Assembly (NCBI GenBank): GCA_964658305.1
Contig: OZ210885.1
Coordinates: 11,780,001-11,844,000 of the forward strand
DNA from: Leptogorgia sarmentosa
Taxonomy: Eukaryota
DNA length: 64,000 bases
Direction of reading: 5' to 3'
Below the pieces are notes generated by a model that did no database searches, was not told where the DNA came from, and saw only the letters and a list, made by a program, of their open reading frames with translations. The position numbers were made by a program, and so were the translations under genes. Numbering within the stretch: the first letter of the stretch is position 1; every line of letters begins with the position of its first letter. Positions 63,001 to 64,000 of the stretch are shown here, one piece after another.

Positions 63001-63475
63001 TTTGCCAAAATGTACCGGAGAAAGGAAAAGACAAGACTGGTGTTGTCAACGCGGAAATAGAACATGAAAAGGTCGAGCCAAGAGAACAGAATACACGTAA
63101 AGCAAAGAAGGCGGCTGTGGACCGTTTGGTTGGACTGATTGCTAACGAGAACGAGGAGGACTAGTGACATCAGTAACTATATTTAAGTTGTTAACTTAAA
63201 TAGGGGGAGGGTGTAGAAAACCTTACGCGGCCTGTTCGCGGGCTGTTGCGTCAGGCCACCTGTTCGCAGGTTAAAGGCAGGAAAAAACGTGGCGAGAACG
63301 TTTTAAGACGGTTTAATACTTTTTATATGGTTATGCAGCCCTTTGTGGCGATTTGAACACAAAATTGTTGATATTAAATTAAAATCACATAAAACTGATG
63401 AGCAGTGAGTGACTATCTAGTGTCGCAGGGGCAAGGGAAAGCGTGAGAGACCAAAATACAAGAGAATTCCCCACA
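57060..63475 (+). mobile_element. Full-length BEL/Pao LTR retrotransposon, defective
   Basis: 264-bp LTRs at 57060-57323 and 63212-63475 (TGT...ACA) with one visible mismatch. PBS TGGCGACCCGAGGCAGGA. PPT AGGGGGAGGG. TSD imperfect (TACAT vs ACACT). Confidence 0.95.
57778..63164 (+). pseudogene. BEL/Pao Gag-Pol split by a frameshift at about 58425; integrase catalytic Glu replaced by Gln
   Basis: ORFs 57754-58560 and 58431-63164; knuckles, FDTGAG, YVPH, YVDD, FADAS, DFAGP, SDNA, WWGGFFQR. Confidence 0.9.
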
Positions 63476-63792
63476 ACACTATACAAGAAAGAACTTAAAT
63501 CTACTGCAAACAAAGAGAAACGAAAAGAAATCCAGGAAGTTTTGAATAAGCACATTGATCTTGTAATGTAAGTAATTGCAGTTGAATGAACATTCACCTA
63601 TATGTACCTACCAACTGGGTATTTTAATTATCCCCACTTATACCATACAGAATAATAGTTACAAGTGACCGCAAGACAGAAATATAGGATCATTAGAATG
63701 TGCAATGCAAGTCGATTTTATTTTGTATCAGCACATCAGAGCGTTAAGCGACGCTCCCGGTTAAGCACATTCGTCACTACACTGCGGCGCTT

Positions 63793-64000
63793 GATGCCAA
63801 GTAAAAATTTATTAAATAAGCATACGGTATACCTAATAAATTTCTTACCCAGTGGTCAATAAATTATTTCTTTCTAGGAATGAAAGAAAGAATATCATCT
63901 TCATCGCTACAAAGATCCGGCGGAATCCATACTTAATGCCAAGTAAAAATTTATTAAATAAGCGTACGATATACATAATAAATTTCTTACCCAGTGGTCA
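63793..64000. repeat. Direct repeat of about 65 bp
   Basis: ATGCCAAGTAAAAATTTATTAAATAAGC...AATTTCTTACCCAGTGGTCA at about 63794 and 63936. Confidence 0.8.

Overview
This is an AT-rich, intron-containing animal genomic window. Repeat families and tRNA sequence types suggest a marine invertebrate, most likely an anthozoan cnidarian (inference). It is dominated by transposable elements: two full-length BEL/Pao LTR retrotransposons (one intact with identical LTRs, one defective), a BEL fragment, L2/CR1 LINEs, hAT, Harbinger and Tc1/mariner-type MITEs, a 1.1-kb foldback element, tyrosine-recombinase (Crypton-like) relics and a P-element-like unit. A birth-and-death cluster of tRNA genes and pseudogenes spans about 22.6-39.6 kb. 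Host-like coding sequence is limited to a GT10 fucosyltransferase-like exon and six in-phase exons of a 5'-truncated FN3 single-pass receptor that lacks a phosphatase domain and has a tyrosine-motif-rich tail. The most notable candidate system is an apparently split P/THAP9 transposase: the catalytic gene ends shortly after its catalytic Glu, and a P-transposase-C-terminal-like domain is encoded by a separate convergent zinc-finger gene. All family calls come from motif recognition by eye; no database searches were run.
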